From assembly GCA_964571695.1 (NCBI GenBank), contig CAZNDG010000008.1:15492-79491 (forward strand): a stretch of 64,000 nt of DNA, in the 5' to 3' direction. A model generated the notes under the pieces. The model was not told the DNA's origin, did no database searches, and saw only the letters and a program-made list of their open reading frames with translations. The number at the start of each line of letters is the position of its first letter. Position 1 is the stretch's first letter. The translations under genes were made by a program, and so were the position numbers. Shown here piece by piece: positions 1 through 10,701 of the stretch. The DNA comes from an uncultured Syntrophus sp. Its GTDB lineage: Bacteria; Desulfobacterota; Syntrophia; Syntrophales; UBA8958.

Positions 1-103
1 CGGTGGACGGTTCAGACAGGGGCAGATAGAGATAGATTGCTTCCAGACGATCCAGGCGCCAATGGCGCAGGATCGTCCGGACCCGCGACAGGGTGTCGCC
101 GCC

Positions 104-1270
104 TCAGCGGTGGACGACAACATGGCCTGCCTGATAGACATCCGTTCTTGTTTCCATCTCGCCCCGGGCCGGAAGGGCAATCTCTCCCGCACTTGCACGG
201 AAAGAGGCCGCCATGTTGACATGCCGGCAGATCTTTTCGATCATCTCACGGTGATGGGGGGGAGGATAGTATGGCTTACGGGGCGTGGGGTCGAAGAGTA
301 AGGACATGTACAAAAAAGATTCCCGGCTCAAGGCCTGATCGGTAATGGCCTGGAAGACCATCGGCGTTACCCGGGAAACCAGGAGTGCTGACTCCCTCAT
401 CCCCGTCCCGGCCGCCGACATCTGGCTGTAGGAATGGGAAGTTACCGCCGTTCCGAAGATCCCCTGCCAGCCTTGTTGACGGGCGTCCTGGATCATATAG
501 GCATTCAGGGTTTTAAATCCGCCGCTCTTACGGTAACGGGGGTTGACGAACCCGGCGGCCAGTTCCGGCATGTCCGACAGCTCGTCGGGGATCATGGCCA
601 TATGTCCGACGAGCTGACCGTTTTCTTCATCGACGGCCACGTAACTGAGCATCCGGCCGTCTTCATTGCGTCGCCTGACCTCCTCGGGATCGTAAAGGTG
701 CTCTTTGATGTAGGTATAGCGATAGGCGAAGTAGGCAAGCTTGGAAATTGTCGCCGACTCTTCCGGACGCATCCGCCGGACGCCGATCCGCGTCGGCGCT
801 TCCTCCTCCTGCCGCGACTCCTCCTCCTGTGCCGCCGTCCCGTCGCCCCGGCGCATGGCGCGCCGGATGAGGATCTCCTGCCCTTTCCAGCCCAGATTCC
901 GGTATCGCACTTCGTCGCTGAACGCGCGAAGGAGCTGCATTCCAAGGCCGCGGCCGCCGCTGTCAACCATTTCCGGCAAACCGGCCTGCTCGCATCGGCG
1001 GAGATAATCTATGTCGAAGGGGATGCCTTGGAAACGGATCAGCAATTCCAGGACGTCATCATGGATCGCCAAGGCCACGGAGATCTTTTCACGCTGACCG
1101 GGCTGATATTCATACTGAATGATGTTGGTGATGATCTCTTAGATAACGAGTTCGGTTTGTCGGGCGATGTCGCTGTCGGCGCCGTCGGCGCCGACATATG
1201 CGGCCGCGGCGGTCTGCAATACGGGTATTGCCGCTAATTCGTTGGCTATAGTTAGAGTTACCGATTCCAT
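104..1270 (-). pseudogene. RsbW/SpoIIAB-like GHKL ATPase domain fused to a GNAT N-acetyltransferase, interrupted by an in-frame TAA at 1139-1141
   Basis: ATG at 1268-1270 follows a GGGAGA SD. The frame reads MESVTLTIANELAAIPV...QTELVI-[TAA]-EIITNIIQYEY...VALAIHDD and continues into the 324-aa track ORF (GTG 1078). The N-part has the E..TN N-box and a GGRGLGM G-box; the C-part is GNAT-like (VDEENGQLVGH...RYRKSGG). Confidence 0.55.
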
Positions 1271-1618
1271 CGGAGAGGTCTCCCTTTATATCTCGGCAAG
1301 AGATCCATGCCGCCCCTTTCCAGGTTGCCTGGCTATGTTCGGCGGCGGCGATCCGGAAAGGTAAGCGGGGGCGATTCGCCCTCATACCCTCACTCCGCGG
1401 AAAATCAATTGGGTAATACCTCTGAATGTGTCGGCGTCCGTTTGCCCCTCCCGGCGAAAGATGCAATCCCGTGGACATTTCCATTGTTAAAATTGCCTTT
1501 GTCTGTTATTTGCCCTGTGATCGGAGATAAAGTAAATCTTCCGCCGGGGAGGGAAACATCTTTCGCCTTTTCCCCCGGTGCGAACCGATTCCTGGGCGCA
1601 GATGAGCAAGGACAACAG

Positions 1619-3532
1619 ATGAAGCATATCATCCTCGGCACCGCCGGCCATGTGGATCACGGTAAGACCTCACTGGTCAAGGCCCTGACGGGCATCGACA
1701 CCGACCGTCTCAAAGAGGAGAAGGAGCGGGGGATTACCATCGAACTGGGTTTTGCCGCCCTGCGACTGCCGGGAGGGATGACGCTGGGCATCGTGGACGT
1801 CCCGGGCCACGAACGGTTTATCAAGAACATGGTGGCCGGGGCCTCCGGCGTCGATCTCCTCCTCCTCGTCATTGCGGCCGATGAAGGGGTCATGCCCCAG
1901 ACCCGGGAGCATCTCCATATCTGCACCCTCCTGGGGATTCGCCGGGGTCTCGTGGCCCTCACCAAGATCGACATGGTGGACGAGGACTGGCTGGCCCTGG
2001 TCCGGGACGACGTCCAGGACTATCTCCAGGGGACCTTCCTCGCCGGGGCGCCGGTCGTTCCCGTGTCGGCGGTGACCGGGGCGGGATTGACGGAACTGGT
2101 GGCCGCCCTCGACGCCCTGGCGGCGACGGTGGGGGAAAAGAGGGATCACGGCGTCTTCCGTCTGCCCGTGGACCGGGTGTTTTCCATGCGGGGCTTCGGC
2201 ACCGTGGTTACGGGCACCCTTATCTCCGGAGCAGTGGGCGTGGGCGACGAAATCGAACTTCTTCCCTCGGGCCGGCAGGCCAAAATCAGGACCATTCAGG
2301 TCCATAATCAGGGGGTGGAGCGGGCGGAGGCGGGTCAGCGGACGGCGATCAACCTCCAGGGGGTGGACCGGGCCGCCGTGGAGCGCGGTGAAGTAATGAT
2401 CCGGCCGGGGACCGTTACGGTTTCCCGGCGTCTCGACGTGCTCCTGAACTACCTGGAGAGCAATGAAAAGGCCCTGAAAAACCGGAGCCTCGTCCGGTTC
2501 CACGTGGGCACCCGGGAGAACATCGGCCGGATCATCATCCTGGACCGGGATGAGGCTCTCCCCGGAGCAGGGGTCAACGGCCAGATGATCTTCGCGGAGC
2601 CGGTGGTGGTCATGGCGGGGGATCACTTTGTTGTCCGGAGCTATTCGCCCATCACCACCACCGGCGGCGGGATCGTCCTCGATCCCCTGCCCCGGAAGCA
2701 CAAACGGATGCAGGCGGCGGTAGGGGAAGAGTTCCGCCTGCTGGCCGCGGGAACGGAAGAGCAGCGGGTAGGCGTCATTGTCGCCCGGGCGGGTTCCGAG
2801 GGGGTTAATATTCCTCGCCTGGTCATGCGGACCGGCCTGGCGGAGAGCCGCCTGCGGAAAATCATCGACGTTATGCTGAACGCCCGGCAGGTCGTCCTGC
2901 TGGATTCGGAAACCCTCCTCGTCGTTTCCGCCGCCGCCTATGCCTCCCTGCAGGAGCAACTCCTCCGGAAGCTTGGCGGTTATCACGAGAAGAACCCCCT
3001 CCGGGAGGGGATGCAGAAAGAGGAGCTGCGGATGAATATCGGCGTCTTCATCCAGGCGAAGCTCTTTAACAAGGCCCTCAAGGATCTGGAGAAGGGCGGT
3101 AAGGTGGTCCTGGAGCGGGAGGCGGTGCGGCTGCCGGAGCATCGGGTCCGGTTGGAGGAGGATCTGGAAACCCTCAAGGGGCGGATCCTGGAGTTGTATC
3201 TCCAGGCCGGTCTCACCCCGCCGACGATCCGGGAGGTTTACGGGCGGTTCCCCGACCGGGCCAAGGACGTGGACAGCGTCCGGATGCTCCTGCTCCGGGA
3301 GGGGAAACTCGTTAAGGTTAACGAAGATCTCCTCTACCACCGGGCCGTCCTGGACAAACTCCAGGAAGACTACCGGGAGATGCTGCTCCGGGACGGCCGG
3401 GCGACGCCCGTTACCTTCAAGGAACTGACGAACCTGAGCCGCAAATTCATCATCCCCCTGATGGAGTATTTCGATACGGCAAAGCTGACGGTGCGCTCCG
3501 GGGATTACCGCCTTCTGAGGGAAAAGCGATGA
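1619..3532 (+). CDS. selB: selenocysteine-specific translation elongation factor SelB
   Basis: [26 protein letters not shown]-loop, DVPGHERF motif, EF-Tu-like domains and a long C-terminal winged-helix region. Track ORF (1307) trimmed to the ATG at 1619, which starts the conserved N-terminus. Confidence 0.9.
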   Translation: MKHIILGTAGHVDHGKTSLVKALTGIDTDRLKEEKERGITIELGFAALRLPGGMTLGIVDVPGHERFIKNMVAGASGVDLLLLVIAADEGVMPQTREHLHICTLLGIRRGLVALTKIDMVDEDWLALVRDDVQDYLQGTFLAGAPVVPVSAVTGAGLTELVAALDALAATVGEKRDHGVFRLPVDRVFSMRGFGTVVTGTLISGAVGVGDEIELLPSGRQAKIRTIQVHNQGVERAEAGQRTAINLQGVDRAAVERGEVMIRPGTVTVSRRLDVLLNYLESNEKALKNRSLVRFHVGTRENIGRIIILDRDEALPGAGVNGQMIFAEPVVVMAGDHFVVRSYSPITTTGGGIVLDPLPRKHKRMQAAVGEEFRLLAAGTEEQRVGVIVARAGSEGVNIPRLVMRTGLAESRLRKIIDVMLNARQVVLLDSETLLVVSAAAYASLQEQLLRKLGGYHEKNPLREGMQKEELRMNIGVFIQAKLFNKALKDLEKGGKVVLEREAVRLPEHRVRLEEDLETLKGRILELYLQAGLTPPTIREVYGRFPDRAKDVDSVRMLLLREGKLVKVNEDLLYHRAVLDKLQEDYREMLLRDGRATPVTFKELTNLSRKFIIPLMEYFDTAKLTVRSGDYRLLREKR

Positions 3533-4281
3533 ACGGCGGGGACCTCTACCCGGCGGGGACCGAGAGATGTTCCGTCCGTTCCTTTACCGGTGGCTCATGG
3601 AGGGATATGGAAGCGGCGGTCGTCCGGGAGGTTTCCCTGGATGTTTGTCTCAACGGCCGGAAACTGGCGGCCATCGCCTGCGCGGGCCTGCACCTGGAGG
3701 AACTGGCCGTGGGCTGGCTCCGGAGCGAAGGGATAATCCGGAGCGCCCGGGAGATCGCCGCCGCGACCGCGGGCCGGGAGGGAGGATTGGTGGATGTCCG
3801 GACCACCGCCGGCTGGTCCGGCGCCGGCCCGAGCGGGGATCCGGAGCCGCTGCCGTTGCCGGCGGCCGGAGCCGCGACGGTTTCGCCGGAGCGGATCTTC
3901 ACCCTCATGGGGCAGATGGTGGACGCCGCGGACATCCACCGCCGCTCCCGGGGGACCCACGGCGCCGCCCTGGCCGGCGCGGCGGGGATCATTGCGGTCC
4001 GGGAAGACATCGGGAGGCACAACTGTCTCGACATGCTGAGCGGTTACGCCCTCCTGAGCGGTATCGCCGGCGCGGATAAAATGATCCTGAGGACCGGTCG
4101 GGTTTCCTCGGATATTGTCATCAAGATCTGGCGGATGGGCGTCCCGGCGGTGATCTCCCTTTCGGTGCCGACGGCCCTGGCCGTCCGGATCGCCGAGCGG
4201 GCGGGCATCACCCTGGTGGGCGCCGTCCGGGCGCCGTCCCTGACGGTTTACACACATCCGGAACGGGTGGGAGGAGCATGA
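3529..4281 (+). CDS. fdhD: formate dehydrogenase accessory sulfurtransferase FdhD
   Basis: FdhD/NarQ-family features (REDIGRHNCLD, RTGRVSSDIV, GITLVG). ATGA start/stop overlap with selB. Confidence 0.8.
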   Translation: MNGGDLYPAGTERCSVRSFTGGSWRDMEAAVVREVSLDVCLNGRKLAAIACAGLHLEELAVGWLRSEGIIRSAREIAAATAGREGGLVDVRTTAGWSGAGPSGDPEPLPLPAAGAATVSPERIFTLMGQMVDAADIHRRSRGTHGAALAGAAGIIAVREDIGRHNCLDMLSGYALLSGIAGADKMILRTGRVSSDIVIKIWRMGVPAVISLSVPTALAVRIAERAGITLVGAVRAPSLTVYTHPERVGGA

Positions 4282-5255
4282 AAAAAAATATCTATATCAG
4301 AGACATCAAACCGGGGGAAAAGATCTACGACTTCTTTTTCGTGACGGAAAAGAACCTGGCCTATTCCCAGAAAGGCGCTCCCTACCTGAACCTGCGCCTC
4401 AAGGATAAGACGGGGGAGTTGGACGGCAAGGTGTGGGACAACGTCCCGGATCTGGACCAGGCCTTCCGGAAGGGCGATTTCGTCTATCTCCAGACCCGGG
4501 CGGTGCAGTATAAAAACGCCATCCAACTGGCCGTAATGAGCGCCCGCCGGGCCGCCCCCGAGGAGATCGATGCGGCGGAATTCTTTCCCGTGGCCAAGGA
4601 AGAGCCGGAACGGATGTTCCGTGAACTGGAGTCGTTTGCCGACCGGGTGAAGACGCCGGCGCTCCGGGATCTTCTCCAATCCTTCCTGGCCGATGAGGAG
4701 ATCGCCGGTCTCCTCCGGCGCGCCCCCGCCGCCAAGGGGTTTCACCATGTCTATATCGGCGGTCTGCTCGAACACACGCTGTCGGTGGTGCGGATCCTGG
4801 ATCTGCTGAGCGGCCACTACGCGGGGCTCAACCATGACCTCCTCATCGCGGGCGGGATACTGCACGATATCGGCAAGATCTACGAGTATTCCTACGACGG
4901 CCTCATCGACTACACCGATGAGGGGCGCCTCATCGGCCACATCGTCATGGGGGTGGAGATGGTGGACCGCAAGATAGCGGCGCTTCCCGATTTTCCGGCG
5001 CAACTGGCCATGGAACTGCGTCATGTCCTTTTGAGCCATCACGGCGTCCTGGAGTTTGGCTCCCCGAAGCGGCCCAAGACCCTGGAGGCCCTCCTCGTCC
5101 ACTATGTGGATGATCTGGACGCCAAGATCAACGCCATGCAGACCTTCGTTGCCGGTGACGGCAACGAGGATTCGGATTGGACCCCCTTCCACCGCCTCCT
5201 CGAACGCTACCTATACAAGGGAAAGAACGCGGGACGGGGGGAAGGTGCGACCTGA
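4278..5255 (+). CDS. OB-fold plus HD-domain protein, YhaM-type 3'-5' exoribonuclease family
   Basis: N-terminal OB-like region (LRLKDKTGELDGKVW) and HD domain (HHVYIGGLLEHT...GILHDIGK...SHHG). ATGA overlap with the fdhD stop. Confidence 0.7.
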   Translation: MKKNIYIRDIKPGEKIYDFFFVTEKNLAYSQKGAPYLNLRLKDKTGELDGKVWDNVPDLDQAFRKGDFVYLQTRAVQYKNAIQLAVMSARRAAPEEIDAAEFFPVAKEEPERMFRELESFADRVKTPALRDLLQSFLADEEIAGLLRRAPAAKGFHHVYIGGLLEHTLSVVRILDLLSGHYAGLNHDLLIAGGILHDIGKIYEYSYDGLIDYTDEGRLIGHIVMGVEMVDRKIAALPDFPAQLAMELRHVLLSHHGVLEFGSPKRPKTLEALLVHYVDDLDAKINAMQTFVAGDGNEDSDWTPFHRLLERYLYKGKNAGRGEGAT

Positions 5256-5273
5256 ATGGTTCGCGGGGAAGGC

Positions 5274-5591
5274 TTAAGCCGTGAAGGTCTTCAGAATCAG
5301 GAGGATAAGGGCGGCGAGGGCGAACAGGAACCCGACGATCACCATCCGGCGCCGCCGCAGGAAAAGGAGGACCTGATCTTTGTCGGCCAACTCACCACTG
5401 AAGTCGAAGAGGAAGGCGGTAAACAGATAGAGGAGTAAAATCGGCAGGCCGTAGATGATCGTAAGCGGCAGGGCCAGGGACCCCCGGCCGGCCCAGTGAT
5501 GGGCCAGTTCTTTCGGGAACCCGGACAGGAGGAGGATCGCCGCCAGAATCCAGAGCCCGAGATATAGGATATAGAGATGCCGCCGCTTCAT
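5274..5591 (-). CDS. small hypothetical membrane protein (about 105 aa, 3 predicted TM segments)
   Basis: Hydrophobic segments (LYILYLGLWILAAILLL, LPLTIIYGLPILLLYLF, VIVGFLFALAALILLIL). Trimmed to the internal MKRRH start. No family recognised. Confidence 0.4.
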   Translation of the reverse strand: MKRRHLYILYLGLWILAAILLLSGFPKELAHHWAGRGSLALPLTIIYGLPILLLYLFTAFLFDFSGELADKDQVLLFLRRRRMVIVGFLFALAALILLILKTFTA

Positions 5592-5816
5592 GATGGTCTC
5601 TAAATATGCACTTTCGGTTCGGAGGTCAAACGATTTCTTTTGCGGCGACTCCGGGGCAAAGATTGCCCAGGAGTCGAATTTCTTTGACATAAACGGGAAA
5701 ATAAATTATGAGGTCCTCCTCAGTTTGAAATCAAAAAAAAGGGAAAGAGAACGGAAATGGGGGCGAAAGGGGACTTGTCGCCGCCGCCGCCGGGCTGATT
5801 CCCAAAGGGGTAGCGG

Positions 5817-6380
5817 ATGTATTCAGCGAGCGATTTGAGAAAAAACCTGCGGATCAAAATAGACGATGAACCTTACGTCGTCACGGAATTCAATTTCACC
5901 AAGCCGGGGAAGGGACAGGCCCTCTACCGGTGCAAACTGAAAAACATGATCAGCGGCGCCCAGTTCGAACGTACCTTCCGGTCCGTGGACAACTTCGAAG
6001 CGGCGGATCTCCAGGAAAAGAAGATGCAGTACCTCTACGAGCAGGAGGGCAAATACTGCTTCATGGACAACGAGACTTACGAACAGGTCCTCCTTTCGGA
6101 GGATCAGGTGGGTGATGCCCGGAACTACCTTATCGAGAATATCGAGGTGGAGATCCTCCTCTTTGAGGATCGTCCCCTGGGGGTGAGCCTGCCCAATTTC
6201 GTGGATTTCATCGTCACCAAGGCGGAGCCCTGGGCCCGGGGCGACAGTGTTTCGGGGAACACCAAACCGGTGACGGTCCAGACCGGTTATGTCCTCCAGG
6301 TGCCCCCTTTTATCGAAGAGGGGGAAAAGATCCGCGTGGATACCCGCACCGGGGAATATCTCACCCGGGTCAAGGACTGA
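5817..6380 (+). CDS. efp: translation elongation factor P
   Basis: MYSASDLRKNLRIKIDDEPYVV...TKPGKGQALYRCKLKN, the conserved modification loop PGKG with the Lys34-equivalent residue. 187 aa. Confidence 0.92.
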   Translation: MYSASDLRKNLRIKIDDEPYVVTEFNFTKPGKGQALYRCKLKNMISGAQFERTFRSVDNFEAADLQEKKMQYLYEQEGKYCFMDNETYEQVLLSEDQVGDARNYLIENIEVEILLFEDRPLGVSLPNFVDFIVTKAEPWARGDSVSGNTKPVTVQTGYVLQVPPFIEEGEKIRVDTRTGEYLTRVKD

Positions 6381-6446
6381 AGATTCCTCCTGGCTATCGC
6401 CGCGGCAAGGAAGGGATGGCCCCGTTCCTCTTCGTGAGGGGTTGTC

Positions 6447-7370
6447 ATGCATGAGCCCTGGCCCCTGGTCAAGAAACGGCGCACCTTGGCGCTCCGGGCC
6501 CGGATCGTGGGGGAGTTGCGCCGCTTCTTTGCCGCCCGCGATTACCTGGAGATCGAAACCCCCTGCCTGATTCCCGCCCCGGCGCCGGAATTCCATATCG
6601 ATACCATGGCCTGCGAAGGCTGGTTCCTCCATCCCTCACCGGAATTATGCATGAAGCGCCTCCTGGCGGCGGGATACGACCGGATCTTTCAGATTTGCCG
6701 GTGTTTCCGCAAGGGAGAGCGGGGCGCCCGCCATCTTCCCGAATTCACCATGCTGGAGTGGTACCGCCGGGAGGCGGATTACCGGGACCTTATGGTTGAA
6801 TGCGAGGAACTCCTCATCGAGGCGGCCGCCGCCCTCGGTTACGGCGACGTGGTGACCTATCAAGGCGAACCCCTCCGGCTCGGGAAACCCTGGGAGCGCC
6901 TGACCGTCTCGGAGGCCTTTACCCGTTTCGCCCCCCTGCCGGCGGCGGATGCCCTGGCCGGGGACTGCTTCGACGAGATCCTGGCGGTTTATGTGGAACC
7001 ATGGCTGGGAAGGGGGAAACCGACATTTCTGTATGATTATCCACTGCCTTTGGCTTCCCTGGCCCGGGAAAAACAGGGGGAGCCCGCCATCGCGGAGCGC
7101 TTCGAATTGTACATGGCCGGCATCGAACTGGCCAACGCCTTTACGGAGCTGGCGGAGGAGAGGGAGCAGCGCCGCCGCTTCGCCCGGGAGGAGGAGGCGC
7201 GCCGCAAGGCCGGCAAACCTCCCTATCCTTCCCCGGATAAGTTTCTGGAATCATTGACTGATATTGGAGATGCCGCGGGGATTGCCCTGGGGGTGGACCG
7301 CCTGGTGATGATCCTGGCCGATGCCCCGGATATAGACGCGGTGACCGCCTTCACACCGGAAACATTGTGA
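6447..7370 (+). CDS. epmA: EF-P-lysine lysyltransferase EpmA (GenX/PoxA, LysRS class II catalytic-core paralog)
   Basis: LRARIVGELRRFFAARDYLEIETP, FQICRCFRKGERGARHLPEFTMLEWY and GIALGVDRLVM class-II aaRS motifs. About 300 aa with no anticodon-binding domain. Adjacent to efp. Confidence 0.85.
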   Translation: MHEPWPLVKKRRTLALRARIVGELRRFFAARDYLEIETPCLIPAPAPEFHIDTMACEGWFLHPSPELCMKRLLAAGYDRIFQICRCFRKGERGARHLPEFTMLEWYRREADYRDLMVECEELLIEAAAALGYGDVVTYQGEPLRLGKPWERLTVSEAFTRFAPLPAADALAGDCFDEILAVYVEPWLGRGKPTFLYDYPLPLASLAREKQGEPAIAERFELYMAGIELANAFTELAEEREQRRRFAREEEARRKAGKPPYPSPDKFLESLTDIGDAAGIALGVDRLVMILADAPDIDAVTAFTPETL

Positions 7371-7390
7371 ATAGATTCCGAAAAGTCTTG

Positions 7391-7419
7391 TTGACAAGGG
7401 GCGGCTTTTCCTTTACAGG
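7391..7419 (+). promoter_or_regulatory. candidate sigma70-type promoter of the tol operon
   Basis: TTGACA (7391-7396), 17-nt spacer, TACAGG (7414-7419). The -10 is weak. About 40 nt upstream of the tolQ GTG. Confidence 0.25.
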
Positions 7420-7458
7420 TAAGCCCCGAGTGCAAAACAACTTTTGGAGAGGACAAAA

Positions 7459-8208
7459 GTGAAAGAAATTCCTTATGTTGCTATGGCCGGGCTGGGAGGC
7501 CAATTTCAGGGAAGCGTCTTCGGCATGATCCTGGACGCGGGCCTGATGGTGAAATTCGTCCTCCTGCTCCTCCTGGGTTTTTCCGTTGTTTCCTGGGCTA
7601 TCATCTGGCTGAAATACCGGACCTTGAGCAAGGTAAAAAAGGAAAATGACCAGTTTCTCGATGCCTATGTCAAGTCCACCCGCCTGGCCGATATCTTTAC
7701 GGAAGCGAAAAAATTTCCCGAATCGACCCTGGCTGAGGTCTTCCGTTCCGGGTACGGGGAACTGGTAAAAATAACCAAGGCCGTTCGGGAACGGGTGGCG
7801 GGAAGAGATTCCGGCCCCCAGGGCGAGCTGGTTTTCGAACTCAAGGGCCTGGACAATATCGAACGGTCGCTGAGCAGGGCCACGGGCAGCGAAACGGATA
7901 AACTGGAGAAGGCCCTGGGATTCCTGGCGACTACGGGCAGCGCCTGCCCGTTTATCGGTCTTTTCGGCACCGTCTGGGGGATCATGGACACCTTCAAGGA
8001 TATCGGCGCCCGGGGATCCGCGACCCTGGCGGTAGTCGCCCCCGGCATCTCCGAAGCCCTGGTGGCCACGGCGGCGGGCCTCGCGGCCGCAATCCCCGCC
8101 GTTATCTTCTATAATTACTATACGAACCGGGTCAAGAGCCTGGCTATGGAGATGGACGCCTTTGCCACGGAACTGGTCAATATCATGGAGCGGAACTATT
8201 TCAAATAG
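7459..8208 (+). CDS. tolQ: Tol-Pal system protein TolQ (MotA/TolQ/ExbB proton channel)
   Basis: MotA/ExbB-type C-terminal region (GLFGTVWGIM, VAPGISEALVATAAGL). GTG 7459 preferred because GGAGAGG lies 7 nt upstream. First gene of the tolQRAB order. Confidence 0.85.
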   Translation: MKEIPYVAMAGLGGQFQGSVFGMILDAGLMVKFVLLLLLGFSVVSWAIIWLKYRTLSKVKKENDQFLDAYVKSTRLADIFTEAKKFPESTLAEVFRSGYGELVKITKAVRERVAGRDSGPQGELVFELKGLDNIERSLSRATGSETDKLEKALGFLATTGSACPFIGLFGTVWGIMDTFKDIGARGSATLAVVAPGISEALVATAAGLAAAIPAVIFYNYYTNRVKSLAMEMDAFATELVNIMERNYFK

Positions 8209-8220
8209 CGGGCGGGGACA

Positions 8221-8646
8221 ATGAGATTTTCGAGAAAACGCCGTTTCTTCGACAGCAAGCTTGTCGCCGAGATCAATGTCACCCCGCTGGTCGATGTGGT
8301 CCTGGTCCTCCTGATTATCTTCATGGTCACGGCGCCCATGCTGTCCATGGGGATCGATGTCAATCTGCCCCGGGTCAAATCCAAGACCATCGACGTCAAT
8401 GAGGAGAAGCTCGTCCTGACGATCAACAAAGACCGGGAGATCTTTATCAACCGTACCAAGATCCTCAAGGAGGATCTCAAGGTGAAGCTGGAGAACATCT
8501 TTGCCGCCCGCCTCGACAAGGAGATCTTCCTGCGGGCCGATAAAACCGTGGCCTACGGCTTCGTGGTGGAGGTAATGTCGGAGATTCGCAAGGCCGGCGT
8601 CGATAAACTGGGCATGGTGACCGAAACCCCCGAGGAGACGAAATGA
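8221..8646 (+). CDS. tolR: Tol-Pal system protein TolR (ExbD/TolR family)
   Basis: EINVTPLVDVVLVLLIIFMVTAP signature N-terminus, 141 aa, follows tolQ. Confidence 0.85.
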   Translation: MRFSRKRRFFDSKLVAEINVTPLVDVVLVLLIIFMVTAPMLSMGIDVNLPRVKSKTIDVNEEKLVLTINKDREIFINRTKILKEDLKVKLENIFAARLDKEIFLRADKTVAYGFVVEVMSEIRKAGVDKLGMVTETPEETK

Positions 8647-9368
8647 CGTCCCTGGATTACCCGGGGATGCGGGATCGCCGGGGCGATCGACTGTCCTGGC
8701 TGGTCATCCTCTCGCTTCTGGTCCACCTGCTGCTGTTGTCCCTGGCGATTTTTCTCCCCATCCGTTCCGCGACGCCCCGCTTCACCCTCGGTCCCGTCTA
8801 TTCCGTAAACCTGGTAAGTGTCTCCGACAGTATCCTGCGGCGCCAGCCGGCTGCGGACCCTCTCCAGGACATCGCCGGCGCCGTCCTGTCCACGGGGACC
8901 CGGGCGATTAAAAAATCAGTCCGGATGGAAGCCCCACCGATCAGAAGGGTGGATACGAGGCAGAATCTGCGCAATCCGGCGGTGGAGAAGCTCAAGAAAA
9001 AACTGGGCGACAAGACCCCGGCGAGTGCCGAATCGACGTCTCCGGCCGCTTCCGCGGCGGCGGGAGGCCAGATGGACGACCGGCTGGCAGAGTACTACCG
9101 GGTTATCTGGTCCCGCATCAAAAGCCAGTGGGCATTGCCGGGCGGCATCAACCCCCGGAACGACGTGGAGGCCGTCGTCAACATCCGCATCCTGAAAGAC
9201 GGCTCCATCACCGGGATGACCTTCGAAAAAAAATCGGGGCTGGGATATTTCGACAACTCGGTCCTACGGGCGCTGAAGAAGGCCCACCCCCTGCCCCCGC
9301 TGCCGGAATGGTACCGGGAGAACGGCTTGGAGATCGGGATCCGCTTCCTCTCGTCGGACCTGCGGTGA
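8643..9368 (+). CDS. tolA: TolA/TonB-family energy transducer (short form)
   Basis: N-terminal membrane anchor (LSWLVILSLLVHLLLLSLAIF), Pro/Ala-rich linker and a TonB_C-like end (YYRVIWSRIKSQW...VNIRILKDGSI). Lies between tolR and tolB. Confidence 0.6.
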   Translation: MTSLDYPGMRDRRGDRLSWLVILSLLVHLLLLSLAIFLPIRSATPRFTLGPVYSVNLVSVSDSILRRQPAADPLQDIAGAVLSTGTRAIKKSVRMEAPPIRRVDTRQNLRNPAVEKLKKKLGDKTPASAESTSPAASAAAGGQMDDRLAEYYRVIWSRIKSQWALPGGINPRNDVEAVVNIRILKDGSITGMTFEKKSGLGYFDNSVLRALKKAHPLPPLPEWYRENGLEIGIRFLSSDLR

Positions 9369-9396
9369 TCGGGGGATAAAAGGAGATTCGGCAGGA

Positions 9397-10701
9397 ATGA
9401 AAAAAAAATGTGAATGGCAAAAAATCCTCGCGGGGTTGCTGGTCCTGTTTTTTTTGTCTATCCCCGCAACGGGGTCGGCCAAGGTCTATATCGATATCGA
9501 CGCCCCGGGCTTCCAGAAATTCCCCATCGCCGTGGATGTCTTTACCAAAGGGGGAGGAGGGGCGGACCAAGAGGTCAATGCCGTCTGGTTTCCCGACCAG
9601 ATCTCCAAATATCTCGACATGACGGGGTATTTCCGCATCATCCCCCGGAATGCCTTTCTTGAAGACCCCCAGAAAGACCGGACGAAGATCATCTTCAGCG
9701 ACTGGCAAACCATCGGGGCCGATTATCTGGTCAAAGGTCATTTCCAGTCCCAGAACCGGCGGCTGGCGGTGGAGATGCGCCTTTACGATACGGTGCGGGG
9801 AGAAGTGATCCGGGAAAAAAAATATACGGGGCGAAGCGATGAACGGAAAGATATGGTGATCAAGTTTGTCAATGAAATCCTGCTCGCCCTGACGGGGGAA
9901 CGGGGGGTTTTCAATACCAGGATCGCCTATGTCCTCAAGAGAGGGATTAATTCGGAGATCCAGACCGTCGGCTTCGACGGCGCCGGTCAGGAACGGGTCA
10001 CCAATTACGGGTCGCTTACCCTGGCGCCGCGCTGGTCTCCCAACGGCCGCCATATCTCCTTCACCTCCTACAAGGACAACAATCCGGACTTCTATGTCCG
10101 GGACATGAAGACGGCCACGAGAAAGAAGGTCGCCGGTTATCCGGGGTTGAACCTTTCCGGGGCCTGGTCGCCCGATGGGCGCAAGATCCTGCTCACCCTG
10201 AGCAAGGACGGCAATCAGGAGGTGTATATCCTGGATGTGGGGAGCGGTTATCTCCAGCGGCTTACTTATGAATACGCCATCGATGTCTCGCCGGTATGGT
10301 CCGCGGACGGCAAGAAGATCGCCTTCGTTTCCAATCGCGCCGGATCGCCCCAGATATATGTCATGGACAGTGACGGGAGAAACGTAAGGAGGCTGACCTA
10401 TGAAGGAAATTACAACACCTCCCCCTCCTGGTCTCCGAAAGGAACCCGCATTGCCTATGAAAGCACCGTGGGGGGCAATTTCCAGATCTTCACCATCAGC
10501 GCCGAAGGGGGGACGCCCCAGCAGTTGACTTCCCAGGGCGGCGAACATAAGCATCCCTCCTGGTCTCCCGACGGCAGATACCTGGCCATGACGGTAAAGA
10601 GCGGGGGGGTGAACAAGGTCGCCGTCATGAATGCCAACGGGACCAACCTGCGTATCCTCTGCGAGGGCTCCAACCCCGCCTGGTCTCCTTTTTTGGAATA
10701 A
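9397..10701 (+). CDS. tolB: Tol-Pal system beta-propeller protein TolB
   Basis: Signal peptide, TolB N-domain (KVYIDIDAPGFQKFPIAV) and repeated WSPDG/WSPNG propeller blades. Confidence 0.9.
   Translation: MKKKCEWQKILAGLLVLFFLSIPATGSAKVYIDIDAPGFQKFPIAVDVFTKGGGGADQEVNAVWFPDQISKYLDMTGYFRIIPRNAFLEDPQKDRTKIIFSDWQTIGADYLVKGHFQSQNRRLAVEMRLYDTVRGEVIREKKYTGRSDERKDMVIKFVNEILLALTGERGVFNTRIAYVLKRGINSEIQTVGFDGAGQERVTNYGSLTLAPRWSPNGRHISFTSYKDNNPDFYVRDMKTATRKKVAGYPGLNLSGAWSPDGRKILLTLSKDGNQEVYILDVGSGYLQRLTYEYAIDVSPVWSADGKKIAFVSNRAGSPQIYVMDSDGRNVRRLTYEGNYNTSPSWSPKGTRIAYESTVGGNFQIFTISAEGGTPQQLTSQGGEHKHPSWSPDGRYLAMTVKSGGVNKVAVMNANGTNLRILCEGSNPAWSPFLE

Noticed and set aside
1307-1618. 104-codon N-terminal extension of the selB track ORF
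   Set aside because: The conserved SelB N-terminus ([17 protein letters not shown]) starts at 1619. The extension lies in the divergent promoter region shared with the ATPase-GNAT gene. Similar non-homologous extensions were trimmed for the DGC (24755-24937), yifB-like (36837-37028), GDE (40580-40756), hydrolase (44584-44709), EBP (48345-48596) and GH57 (53911-53976) ORFs.
1619-5255. Possible selenoprotein genes (in-frame TGA) near selB
   Set aside because: No pair of same-frame ORFs separated by a single TGA with a Sec-family context was seen in this window. The only in-frame stop found (1139-1141) is TAA.
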